Shown here: positions 39,508 through 48,815 of the stretch, one piece after another
Layout: every line of letters begins with the position of its first letter
Numbering within the stretch: the stretch's first letter is position 1
Assembly: GCA_900544885.1 (NCBI GenBank)
Contig: UQWU01000002.1
Span: forward strand, 23,057 to 87,056
Source of the DNA: an uncultured Phascolarctobacterium sp.
Lineage (GTDB): Bacteria > Bacillota > Negativicutes > Acidaminococcales > Acidaminococcaceae
DNA: 64,000 nt
Direction: 5' to 3'
Position numbers and translations under genes: made by a program
Notes under the pieces: generated by a model
The model's database searches: none
What the model saw: only the letters and a program-made list of their open reading frames with translations
Told to the model about the DNA's origin: nothing

Positions 39508-40977
39508 ATGATTAAACATACATTAAATAAACGTTTATTAGTACTTTCTGCAGCTGTGACTATGCTCCTTAGCCAATCTGCTTTCGCAGGTGAAACTGTA
39601 GAACTTAATTTAGATGAAGCTATGCAACGTGCATTCGATACTAACCCTGCTATTAGCATTGCAGGTTATGGTCGCGATAGTGCCCGTGCTGCATATAATG
39701 CTGCACGTCAAAGTCGTGGTATTGCGATTACTGCAACTCATCAATCTCAACGTAGTGGCTTAGATGATGAAATGCCTGTTATCAGTAAAGTAACTGGTAT
39801 TCCTACTGGCGAATTCAGCAAAAACATTCATAATAACCATACTAATGCCATAACTGCTACCCTACCTATTTATACCGGCGGTAAATTAAGTGGTATGATT
39901 AAGCAAGCCAAAGCAGGTTATTTGTTTGCTGAAGAGGGAGTACAAAAAGCATATAACGATATGCGTTCTACTGTTACCAATAGTTACTTCAATATGCTGC
40001 AAGCTGATAATATGCAAAAATTAAGCGAAGAATCTGTTACTCGCCTGACTGATCATTTAAAGAACGTAAAAGCTCAATATGATGTAGGTGTTGTTGCTAA
40101 AGCCGACGTACTGCGCAGTGAAGTTGAATTGGCTAATGCTAAGCAAAATCTGATTCAAGCAGAAAATGCTTATCAAATTGCCGAGGCTAACCTGAATAAA
40201 GTAGTCGGTTTGCCGATGGACACTCAATTAAAATTAGATAATCTTTTGGTATATACTACTTATGAAAATGATTTACCGTACTGCTTGGATTATGCTGCAG
40301 AACATCGTCCGGAGCTGAAACAAGCCGCACAGAATGTAGAGGCTGCTAAAGGTGCGTTGCGTGTAGCAATTTCCGGTCATATGCCACAAGTTGTTGCCAG
40401 TGCAAGCCAAGCTTGGAGTAGTGAAAGTTGGCCTGGTGATGACAATGGAAATTGGGGTGTTGGTGTAAATGTCAGCATGAACATTTTCGATACCGGTGTT
40501 ACTCAATCTCATATCCATGGTGCCGAAGCTGATTTAGCTAAAGCTCATGAAACCTACAGAGATACAGTGGATGCTGTAAACTTAGATGTACGCTCCAACT
40601 ATCTGGGTCTGCGTGAAGCAGAAAAACGTATTGATACTACTAAACTGGCTGTTTCTCAAGCAGAAGAAGATTATCGTATCGCACAGCTGCGTTATATGAA
40701 TGGTGTAGGTACTAATACCGATGTATTGGACGCACAGGTTGCTTTAACTAATGCTAAAACCAACTATCTGCAAGCACTGTATGATTATAATACCTCTAAA
40801 ACAGCTTTGGAAACCGCTATCGGTGTACCAATGGCTTTTCCGACTAAGGTTAATGTAGAACCTGTAGAAGAAGAGAATACTGAAAAGGCAGAACAAGCAC
40901 CTGCTGAGACAGCAGCGCCGACTGCTGAAGAAGCACAAGCTCCTGCACAAGAGGCAATTGCTGAACAAGCTAAATAA
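39508..40977 (+). CDS. tolC: TolC-family outer membrane efflux protein
   Basis: The protein has a signal peptide. Two repeated OEP halves show the characteristic pattern (LDEAMQRAFDTNPAI...; LPYCLDYAAEHRPELKQAAQNVEAAKGAL). The Ala/Glu/Pro-rich C-terminal tail is low in complexity. Confidence 0.85.
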   Translation: MIKHTLNKRLLVLSAAVTMLLSQSAFAGETVELNLDEAMQRAFDTNPAISIAGYGRDSARAAYNAARQSRGIAITATHQSQRSGLDDEMPVISKVTGIPTGEFSKNIHNNHTNAITATLPIYTGGKLSGMIKQAKAGYLFAEEGVQKAYNDMRSTVTNSYFNMLQADNMQKLSEESVTRLTDHLKNVKAQYDVGVVAKADVLRSEVELANAKQNLIQAENAYQIAEANLNKVVGLPMDTQLKLDNLLVYTTYENDLPYCLDYAAEHRPELKQAAQNVEAAKGALRVAISGHMPQVVASASQAWSSESWPGDDNGNWGVGVNVSMNIFDTGVTQSHIHGAEADLAKAHETYRDTVDAVNLDVRSNYLGLREAEKRIDTTKLAVSQAEEDYRIAQLRYMNGVGTNTDVLDAQVALTNAKTNYLQALYDYNTSKTALETAIGVPMAFPTKVNVEPVEEENTEKAEQAPAETAAPTAEEAQAPAQEAIAEQAK

Positions 40978-40989
40978 ATATTTTAGATA

Positions 40990-41025
40990 AAGACCGATAG
41001 AGCAATGCTTTATCGGTCTTTTTTA
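40990..41025 (+). terminator. Rho-independent terminator after tolC
   Basis: AGACCGATA...TATCGGTCT forms a 9-bp stem followed by TTTTTT. Confidence 0.85.
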
Positions 41026-41162
41026 TAATAAATGAAAAATTTTTGTGCACTAAAGGAGGTTTTTACTTTATGTCGAATAAATAAAAGTCTAAGTATATTT
41101 ATTAGACAAAATATTTATGACTTTAATTATTGGACAAAAGAGAAGTTCTTGGTGGAGTTGCT

Positions 41163-44100
41163 ATGAAAAAATATCTACAATTTATCGGAATTTTATTTAT
41201 CATCTTGGCAGCAGGCTATGTTTTTTTAGTACATACTGTTATGCCTAAATATATACGTCAAATGCTGCCGCAAATTGAGGAGATGGCACCGGAATATATT
41301 AACGGTAGTGTTTCTATCGGTAATCTTACTTGGAATGGTGGCCTTAGTGCCGAAATTACTGATGTAACTATTAAAGATAACAACGGTGAACGAGTTGCTG
41401 AATTACCTCGTACTGTAGTTCATTTCCGCCCGTGGCTGGCGTTAGATAATCCGGCGAAAGCAGTAAGCCGTATCGAATTAATGCGTCCGCAGGCTTATCT
41501 GACTATGGATGACAATAAAAAATGGAATATGCAGCATTTATTAAAACCATCTGATTCCAAGGAAACTCCGTTCTATGGCTTGTTAGAGGTTACTGATGCT
41601 AATTTAAAGATTACGATGCCTGAAGGACATTGGAATTTTATCATTAATGGTAATATCAATGGCGGTGCGAATCCTAATTTTGCAGCTGATTTACAGATAG
41701 TCAGCGGTGTGGATCGTTTAAAGCTTACTGGTTTAGTTAATATGCAAGGCGAAGGAAAATTAACCTTAAAGGGTGATAAACTTGATTTGAAGGCGTATGC
41801 TCCTTTAGCAGAGCAATATGCTGCTTTGCAAAAATTACAGGGTGGCTTAGGCGAGATTAATGTTTTATACGAAAAGAAAAAAGATAAGCTGGAAATTTCC
41901 GGCGCTGTCGAAATAAAATCTGTGCAGGCTGAAGCAGAAGCTAGTGGCGAATTACATAAGATAAAATTAGATGGTACAGTTAAGGCTAATAAAAATCTTG
42001 TGTCGTTGAATAAGTTTGCGGTACGAGTTGATGAACAGCAGGTCCTGTTAGAGGGCGAAGCTGATTTAAATGATTTAGAGAATATTAAAGGCGAAGGTAA
42101 ACTTACTGCACCTAAATTAGCTTATGCAGGATATACGATTCAAAATTTGACAATTCCTGTAGAAGGCGATAAGCATACATTAATTATTCATGATGCTGCT
42201 ATGGAATATGGCGGCGGTAAAGTCGGCTTTAATGCGACTGCTGATTTAAAAGAAAAAGGTCTGACGGCTGATGCTGAATTGGTTAATGTTACCTATGCCT
42301 TAAATGATGATATAAAAAATGATATCCATGTCAGTGGTCAATTAGCATTAACTGCCAAAATGCATGAGGATAGGATAGCTGTACAGGCTGCAACACAGAT
42401 ATTGAATTTGGCATGGCATGATTTAAAAATTAATCAAGTTACATTAGATGGATATATCAACGATAATGGGTTAAATATTGATAGCTTTAGTGCTTTATCT
42501 GATGATGATGGCAGTTTAATGGCTAAGGGTACTGTGGCTAAAGATGGTGAATTAAATTTAGATGGCCGCATGGTCGAATTTCCCATTAATCCTATTTTAG
42601 ATATTGCTACAGGTCAACAAGGTAGCGGTTTATGTTCTACTGGATTTCATGTTGGCGGGACTATCAAAGCACCTGAATTTTCTAGCATTGTGCAATTAAC
42701 TAATGTTGATTTCTTAAATCAGAAGATTAAAGAAGCACATGGCTCTATCAGCTTGAAAAACAATATTCTGGAGATAAAAGACTTTATTGCCAATATGCAG
42801 CAGGGTGAGCATATTGTTAACGGTAGCATTGATTTAAATAAAGCTGAACCGTATTTTAATATGGATATTGAAACAAAGGGTGTACGTATAGAGCCTTTAA
42901 TGCAGCTTGTTGCTCCGACTGCTCCTGTTACAGGTAATCTGGATAATATTATGACTTTTCAGGGAACGATCAATCATCCTTATGTTTATGGTGAAGTCCA
43001 TGCTAGTGACGGTAGTGCAGCTAAGCAGCTGTTTAATAGTGTTGATGGGTTATATACTTACGAGGACGGCAAATTACAGCTGAAAAATTTTGAAGTAAAT
43101 GCTTTCTTAGGCCGTGTGATTTTGAATGGTGCTATGACTGCTGACCAACAGCTGAATTTTGAGCTGGAGACTAATGATGTTGATTTAGCACACCTGCCGA
43201 TTAAAGATGAAACTGTTGATTTAGATGGTAAGCTGGATGCTAAGGGTTATTTACAGGGTACATTAGCTAATCCGTATTTCCGTGGCGATGTTTCCAGTAA
43301 TGAAATCTCTATTAATGGTGAAAAGCTTACTGAGCTACAGGGTACCTTGGAAAGTAATGCTCGGGAGAAAAATAAATTTGATATCTCCTTTAAACAGCCT
43401 TATAAAGATGATCCGATTAACTATGGCTTATATAGTGCTAATTTAAATATCAACCTGACACAACGTTTTATCCAAGGTAAAATGGCTATGGTTTGGGGCG
43501 ATATCGGCGGCTTATTGCGTATTGCCCGTCAGGAATATGATATTAATGGCCTGATGCAGGGTGAAATGACCTTTAATCCGCAAGGTAAGGGTAGTGGTAT
43601 TCATATTGCTATAGATGCGGATAATGTAAAAATTCATGATTTGAATTATGCTCATATGAATTTTAAAGGCAGTATGCGTAAGGGTGTATTGTATTTTGAT
43701 GATGTTAAGCTACAGGAACAAGCGGAAGTTACCGATAGCGGTATTATTGCTGTAGGCGGCAATATAGATTTGCTCGGTAAAAAACTGAATGTAGAGGTTG
43801 CATCTGCTAAAGCAAATCCTGCTATTGTTACTGCTGTTATGACTGATCCGCCAGAAATAAAAGGCGAAATGGATATGCTGGCACAATTAACAGGTACTTT
43901 TGATAATCCGGAGGGTAATGCTTCTTTGTTGATTAATAATGCTTCTGTTGCCGGTGTCGGTATGGATTCAGTAACGGCAATGCTTTTCTTGAAGGATGAT
44001 AATATTAAGCTACAGCAGCTTATGGCTTCTAAGGATGCTTATAGCTTAAAGGCTTCCGGTGATATTCCTTTGGATATTTTCCGCTCTAAAGAAGAGCGTC

Positions 44101-45452
44101 GTAACAGTAATGCGCAAATGAATATCGTACTTGATTTGGATGAAGCTCGTTTAGGTATTCTACCCACAATGACGCCTTTAGTTGAATGGGGTGTTGGTGA
44201 TACCAAAGGTAAAATCCGTATTGCAGGTACATTGGAAGAGCCATTGCTTTTCGGTTCTATAAAAATTGCTGATGGTGCTGTTAAGGTAAAATATCTAGAT
44301 ACTGTTTTAGAAAATATTAATCTTGATGTTGCGTTCCAAGGCAATGAGGTGTTACTGCGTAATCTGTCTACTAAAATGGGCAAGGGTACTGTGGCGGCTG
44401 AAGGCAGCTATGCATTACATACAGGTGCTGATACTGCTTACAAGCTTCATTTTACTGCGAAAGACGCCGAAGTTGCTTCTGCAATCGTAAACGGACGTGT
44501 AAATAGCGATATTGAAATAGTGCCGCAGAAATATCTTGATTATAAAAACTATAATAAGGGTCAGGAGCCGACGGAACATTATCGTCCTGCAATTAAGGGT
44601 AATGTACGCTTAGATGATGTTACCATTAATATGCCGACAATTCCTCCGATGGGCGAAGGAGAAAGCAATATCGGCCTTGATTTAGTTGTTGAATTAGGTC
44701 CTAAGATCCATCTGTACAATAGCTATTTGTACGATATTTGGCTGAGTGGTGGTATGCATCTTAAGGGTAGCACTATGTACCCGATTATTGATGGTAAAAT
44801 CAAAGCAGATAAGGGCACTATTAAATATTTACGTACTGACTTTAAATTAAATAAGGCGTCGTTAGTTTGGGTAGATCCAGGCTCTTTCCTGCCTAATGTC
44901 AACCTGGAAAGCACTGCCCGCTTCAGCCGTTATAACATTATGATGAAAATAAACGGTCCTGTAAGTGAAATGGATTTGCAGCTTACCAGTAATCCGCCGT
45001 TGGAGAAAAATACGATTATCCGTATGCTGACACTGCAGCGTGAATCTGCAGGCAGTAATGAAGTAACTAGCGAGGATATGAATAACTTAATGGCCGCAGG
45101 TTTGCAAATGACTGTTTTAGGCGACGTGGAGATGTGGGTTAAACAAACATTAGGTTTAGACCAATTCCGTATTTACACAGGTAAGGTTCGTTCCGGTGTG
45201 GGCTTTGAAAGTACTAAAGATAGAAATCAGGAGCTGACGGAAGATGAAAAAAATCAATATAATGTGTTGATTAGTAAATATTTAACTAATAATTTCATGA
45301 TTGGCTATACTACAAGCTTTAATGGTATTGACAAAAGTATTTTCGGGCAGTACGATATTAGCAGACATTTAAGTCTTACCTATTCCAGAAGCTATGATTT
45401 ATCGGATAAAGCAGAGGATTGGTATGGCTTAGAGTATAAGCTTAGTTTCTGA
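41163..45452 (+). CDS. tamB: Translocation and assembly module protein TamB (AsmA-like, DUF490 C-terminus)
   Basis: The protein is about 1429 aa with an N-terminal signal-anchor (MKKYLQFIGILFIILAAGYVFL) and a long repetitive beta-rich periplasmic body. The C-terminal DUF490-like region ends ...WYGLEYKLSF. The RBS GGTGGAG precedes the ATG at 41163. Confidence 0.85.
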   Translation: MKKYLQFIGILFIILAAGYVFLVHTVMPKYIRQMLPQIEEMAPEYINGSVSIGNLTWNGGLSAEITDVTIKDNNGERVAELPRTVVHFRPWLALDNPAKAVSRIELMRPQAYLTMDDNKKWNMQHLLKPSDSKETPFYGLLEVTDANLKITMPEGHWNFIINGNINGGANPNFAADLQIVSGVDRLKLTGLVNMQGEGKLTLKGDKLDLKAYAPLAEQYAALQKLQGGLGEINVLYEKKKDKLEISGAVEIKSVQAEAEASGELHKIKLDGTVKANKNLVSLNKFAVRVDEQQVLLEGEADLNDLENIKGEGKLTAPKLAYAGYTIQNLTIPVEGDKHTLIIHDAAMEYGGGKVGFNATADLKEKGLTADAELVNVTYALNDDIKNDIHVSGQLALTAKMHEDRIAVQAATQILNLAWHDLKINQVTLDGYINDNGLNIDSFSALSDDDGSLMAKGTVAKDGELNLDGRMVEFPINPILDIATGQQGSGLCSTGFHVGGTIKAPEFSSIVQLTNVDFLNQKIKEAHGSISLKNNILEIKDFIANMQQGEHIVNGSIDLNKAEPYFNMDIETKGVRIEPLMQLVAPTAPVTGNLDNIMTFQGTINHPYVYGEVHASDGSAAKQLFNSVDGLYTYEDGKLQLKNFEVNAFLGRVILNGAMTADQQLNFELETNDVDLAHLPIKDETVDLDGKLDAKGYLQGTLANPYFRGDVSSNEISINGEKLTELQGTLESNAREKNKFDISFKQPYKDDPINYGLYSANLNINLTQRFIQGKMAMVWGDIGGLLRIARQEYDINGLMQGEMTFNPQGKGSGIHIAIDADNVKIHDLNYAHMNFKGSMRKGVLYFDDVKLQEQAEVTDSGIIAVGGNIDLLGKKLNVEVASAKANPAIVTAVMTDPPEIKGEMDMLAQLTGTFDNPEGNASLLINNASVAGVGMDSVTAMLFLKDDNIKLQQLMASKDAYSLKASGDIPLDIFRSKEERRNSNAQMNIVLDLDEARLGILPTMTPLVEWGVGDTKGKIRIAGTLEEPLLFGSIKIADGAVKVKYLDTVLENINLDVAFQGNEVLLRNLSTKMGKGTVAAEGSYALHTGADTAYKLHFTAKDAEVASAIVNGRVNSDIEIVPQKYLDYKNYNKGQEPTEHYRPAIKGNVRLDDVTINMPTIPPMGEGESNIGLDLVVELGPKIHLYNSYLYDIWLSGGMHLKGSTMYPIIDGKIKADKGTIKYLRTDFKLNKASLVWVDPGSFLPNVNLESTARFSRYNIMMKINGPVSEMDLQLTSNPPLEKNTIIRMLTLQRESAGSNEVTSEDMNNLMAAGLQMTVLGDVEMWVKQTLGLDQFRIYTGKVRSGVGFESTKDRNQELTEDEKNQYNVLISKYLTNNFMIGYTTSFNGIDKSIFGQYDISRHLSLTYSRSYDLSDKAEDWYGLEYKLSF

Positions 45453-45480
45453 TTTTTATAAATAACAAAGGAGCGTACGC

Positions 45481-46116
45481 ATGCTGCAGGAATATTTAGA
45501 AGAACTACGCAAAACACCTTTGCTTGAGCAGGATGAAGAACGCTTATTGTGGCAGCAGGCTGCTAAAGGAGATTTAAATGCGCATCAAAAGCTGATGACC
45601 GCTTATCAACCATTAGTTTTTAAAATTGCTTCTAGTTTCCGTCTTCCTGAGGCGGAAACTATGGAGCTGATTCAAGAAGGTATGGTCGGTCTTTTGGAGG
45701 CAGCCGAGAACTATGATTATAAACGACAAGTAGCTTTCAGCTTGTTTGCATCCTATCGTATCAAAGGCAGTATGTTAGATTATCTGCGTCAAAGTAATTC
45801 CAAGGGAGTACTGTATCTGGATAGTGAGATTTCTCGAGGCTTTACATTAAGTGAAGCTTTGCCGGCTACTGATGCTTCACCTACGGAAATGGCTGAACAG
45901 AAGCTTTTACAGGAAAAAGTGGCCCAAGCTATGGATCGGCTGCCGATGAAGGAACAACAGGGGCTGCAGGGTATGTATTTAGAGGATCAGACTGCTCAAT
46001 TTGTAGCTGATTCTATTGATGTTAGTCTTGGTCATGTTTATCGATTGCAAAAACAAGGTGTACGTCGTATTAGAGGTATGCTTTCTCGTTTCATACATGA
46101 TTTCAATAAAGATTAA
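45481..46116 (+). CDS. Sigma-70-family RNA polymerase sigma factor (group 3-like, FliA/SigB/sporulation-sigma-like size and domain content)
   Basis: The protein is 211 aa. Region 2 is QPLVFKIASSFRLPEAETMELIQEGMVGLLEAAENYDYKRQVAFSLFASYRIKGSMLDYLR. The region 4 HTH is LPMKEQQGLQGMYLEDQTAQFVADSIDVSLGHVYRLQKQGVRRIR. Confidence 0.8.
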   Translation: MLQEYLEELRKTPLLEQDEERLLWQQAAKGDLNAHQKLMTAYQPLVFKIASSFRLPEAETMELIQEGMVGLLEAAENYDYKRQVAFSLFASYRIKGSMLDYLRQSNSKGVLYLDSEISRGFTLSEALPATDASPTEMAEQKLLQEKVAQAMDRLPMKEQQGLQGMYLEDQTAQFVADSIDVSLGHVYRLQKQGVRRIRGMLSRFIHDFNKD

Positions 46117-46297
46117 ATTAATATAAAATGCTTATTAAGTATAAAATAAGCGAAAATTGAAGAAAAAACGCGTAATTCAGATAAAATTATGGATAATCTG
46201 CTAAAATGGCAAGTGAAAGATGCCTATGCCTGACGATTATAAAAAATATGATTGATTATTGTATTTTAGCGTGGTGATAGCAGAAAGGGGTATGTTT

Positions 46298-46795
46298 ATG
46301 ACGCAGCCAAGCCGCTCGGTTTCTCAACGTATTCGTACTGTGAAAAGCAGTCTTGATAATGCTGAACAGAGCTTTTTGGATAATAAAGATATCCGTGGTG
46401 AGCTGGATTTAATGCTTGCTGAAGCGGAGTTAAAAAATCTGCGCAGGAAAAAGGATTTACCCTGGAGCTGGAATCGTCATATTTTGGCTATTTGTGCAGC
46501 TTCCTTATTGGCAGTGGCCGGTCTGTCAGGCTGGTATATTGCTAAAGACCATTACCGTGAAGCTGCAGCAGCTAAAGCTAAGAATACTGTGACTAATTCG
46601 GTTTCGCCACAGCCAAGTGATTTACCGGTAGCTCAAGCTTCCATAACACCTCAAGCTGTGCAGACAAATATATTGGATAATAATGCCGATGTTAAACCTG
46701 CTCCTAAAAAAGCAGAAAATCGTGCTGTTATATCTAAAGCTGAAATGCACCAATTAGTGCAGTCGGCAAGAGTTGAACTTAGTAATTCGAAATAA
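46298..46795 (+). CDS. Single-pass membrane protein, candidate anti-sigma factor
   Basis: The ATG at 46298 follows AGAAAGGGG. The protein has a cytoplasmic part of about 60 aa, a TM helix (ILAICAASLLAVAGLSGWYIA), and a Pro/Ala/Gln-rich periplasmic part of about 90 aa. It lies directly downstream of the sigma factor gene. Confidence 0.5.
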   Translation: MTQPSRSVSQRIRTVKSSLDNAEQSFLDNKDIRGELDLMLAEAELKNLRRKKDLPWSWNRHILAICAASLLAVAGLSGWYIAKDHYREAAAAKAKNTVTNSVSPQPSDLPVAQASITPQAVQTNILDNNADVKPAPKKAENRAVISKAEMHQLVQSARVELSNSK

Positions 46796-46815
46796 CCCGC
46801 GAGGAGGAAATTCCA

Positions 46816-48798
46816 TTGAAAAAAAGAATGTTATGGCAACCGTTATCTGTAGGCCTGACTGCTATGATGTTAGCTATGCCTGCATATGCAGAAAAAGAAA
46901 ATACTGCAGTTCCGGCAACTCCGGAAACGGCTGCAAGTACTGTAGCTGCTAGTGAAGTAGCTCCGGCAGTAGAAAATGCTGCACCGGTAGGTCAAAAAGA
47001 AGTTGTTCCGGTAGCAGAGGCTAAAGCAGCTCCGGCTGAACAAGCTGCACCTGAAAAACAAGCTCCTGCACAAAAAGCAGAGAATAAATTGGCTCCGTAT
47101 ATCGGTAAAACTATTACCAAACAAATTATCAAAGGTAATAAGGTAGTACCTGAGGCTGATATCGCAGCTGTATTGAAAACTAAACCTGGTATGGCTTTTT
47201 CTGAAGCTGGCTTAACTGAAGATTTAAGTGCTATTTATGAATTGGGTTATTTCTATGATTTACGTCCGGAATTCAAAGTAGTTCCTGAAGGCGTACAGGT
47301 TATTTATAATGTTATGGAAAATCCTGTTTATAAAAGAACTGAAATTGTTGGTTCTACTGTACTGAACAAGAAAAATGCTGAAGCATTATTCACCATGGAT
47401 ACAGATAAAATCGCTAACTTGAGAGAAATCAATACTAGCGTACAAAAACTGGAAGAAGAATATCGTTCCAATGGTTATATTTTGGCTCGTGTAACTGATG
47501 TACACATGGAACAAGATGGTACTTTAAAAGTTACTGTAAACGAAGGAATCGTTGAAGATTTCAAGGTAAAAGGTAATGTTAAAACTAAAGATTATGTTAT
47601 TACCCGTGAAATGAAGTTGAAAAAAGGCGAACCTTTCAATGCTAAAGCTGCTCGTCGTAGTATGCAACGTATTTATAACTTAGGTTATTTTGAAGACGTT
47701 AATATTAAATTGAATCCTGGTCGTGAACCAAACTCTGTCGAAGTTGAAATTACTGTTGTAGAAATGAATACCGGTACTTTTGGTATTGGTGCAGGCTACA
47801 GTAATGCAGACGGTTTTGTAGGTATGGTTTCTGTTGGTGATAAAAACTTCCGTGGTACTGGCGATAAAATCAATATCCGTTGGGAATTCGGCGGCGAAGA
47901 TAATAAAAACTATGATTTCAGCTATACCCGTCCGTGGTTAGATGATAAAGAAACCAGTGCTACCATTAACTTGTACGATATCACTAACGAATATGCTGAC
48001 TATGATATCAATGGTGACGAAATTGCCCGTTACGACAAAAAACGTCGTGGTCAGGAATTGACCTTGAGCCGTAAAACTGATAATGAATTTATCAGCAACT
48101 ATATCACTTTGAAAAACCGTGATGATATTTACAAAGGTGAAGCTGACGGTTATGAAGGCGATAAAGATCAGTATTATGAACCTGGTTTTGAAAATAATAA
48201 AGATAAATATGAAGATTGGATGCCGAAAGATTATAAAGAACGTCGTGCAGAAAACTTCGGTGTTACCCGTAGTATCACTTTAGGTCGTATATTCGATTCC
48301 CGTGATAATATTTATGATCCCCATGAAGGTAAACGCATTGGTTATAGCTTAGAATGGGCAGGCTTAGGCGGTGACTTTGACTTTACCAAAGTAACTGCTG
48401 ATTATCGTTATTATTATCGTGGCGGCGGTGAAACTGTTTGGGCTTTGAATCTGGGTGCTGGTTATGCTCATGGCGATATGCCGCTTAGCCAACGTTTCTC
48501 TATGGGCGGTAGCGAAACATTGCGTGGCTATGAAGATGATCAATTCCGTGGTAACAGTATGTTAAAAGCTACTTTAGAATATCGTTTCCCGATTGTTAAG
48601 AAAGTACAAGGTGTATTGTTCACCGATAATGGTTATGCTTGGGATAAACGTCATGAAGACGAATTCGATTTAGGACTTTTGAAAAATAGTTATGGTGTAG
48701 GCCTGCGTATTAACTCTCCTCTGGGACCTGTAAAACTGGATTACGGCTACGGCGATGATGGCGGTAAATTCCACTTCAGCTTCGGTGGCCAGTTCTAA
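46816..48798 (+). CDS. bamA: Outer membrane protein assembly factor BamA (Omp85)
   Basis: The protein has a signal peptide, an Ala/Pro/Glu-rich linker, POTRA-like repeats and a C-terminal 16-strand barrel. The barrel region carries RGY and VRGF-type motifs and ends FHFSFGGQF. The TTG start follows GAGGAGG. Confidence 0.9.
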   Translation: MKKRMLWQPLSVGLTAMMLAMPAYAEKENTAVPATPETAASTVAASEVAPAVENAAPVGQKEVVPVAEAKAAPAEQAAPEKQAPAQKAENKLAPYIGKTITKQIIKGNKVVPEADIAAVLKTKPGMAFSEAGLTEDLSAIYELGYFYDLRPEFKVVPEGVQVIYNVMENPVYKRTEIVGSTVLNKKNAEALFTMDTDKIANLREINTSVQKLEEEYRSNGYILARVTDVHMEQDGTLKVTVNEGIVEDFKVKGNVKTKDYVITREMKLKKGEPFNAKAARRSMQRIYNLGYFEDVNIKLNPGREPNSVEVEITVVEMNTGTFGIGAGYSNADGFVGMVSVGDKNFRGTGDKINIRWEFGGEDNKNYDFSYTRPWLDDKETSATINLYDITNEYADYDINGDEIARYDKKRRGQELTLSRKTDNEFISNYITLKNRDDIYKGEADGYEGDKDQYYEPGFENNKDKYEDWMPKDYKERRAENFGVTRSITLGRIFDSRDNIYDPHEGKRIGYSLEWAGLGGDFDFTKVTADYRYYYRGGGETVWALNLGAGYAHGDMPLSQRFSMGGSETLRGYEDDQFRGNSMLKATLEYRFPIVKKVQGVLFTDNGYAWDKRHEDEFDLGLLKNSYGVGLRINSPLGPVKLDYGYGDDGGKFHFSFGGQF

Positions 48799-48815
48799 TA
48801 AGCGGAGCTTATTTT

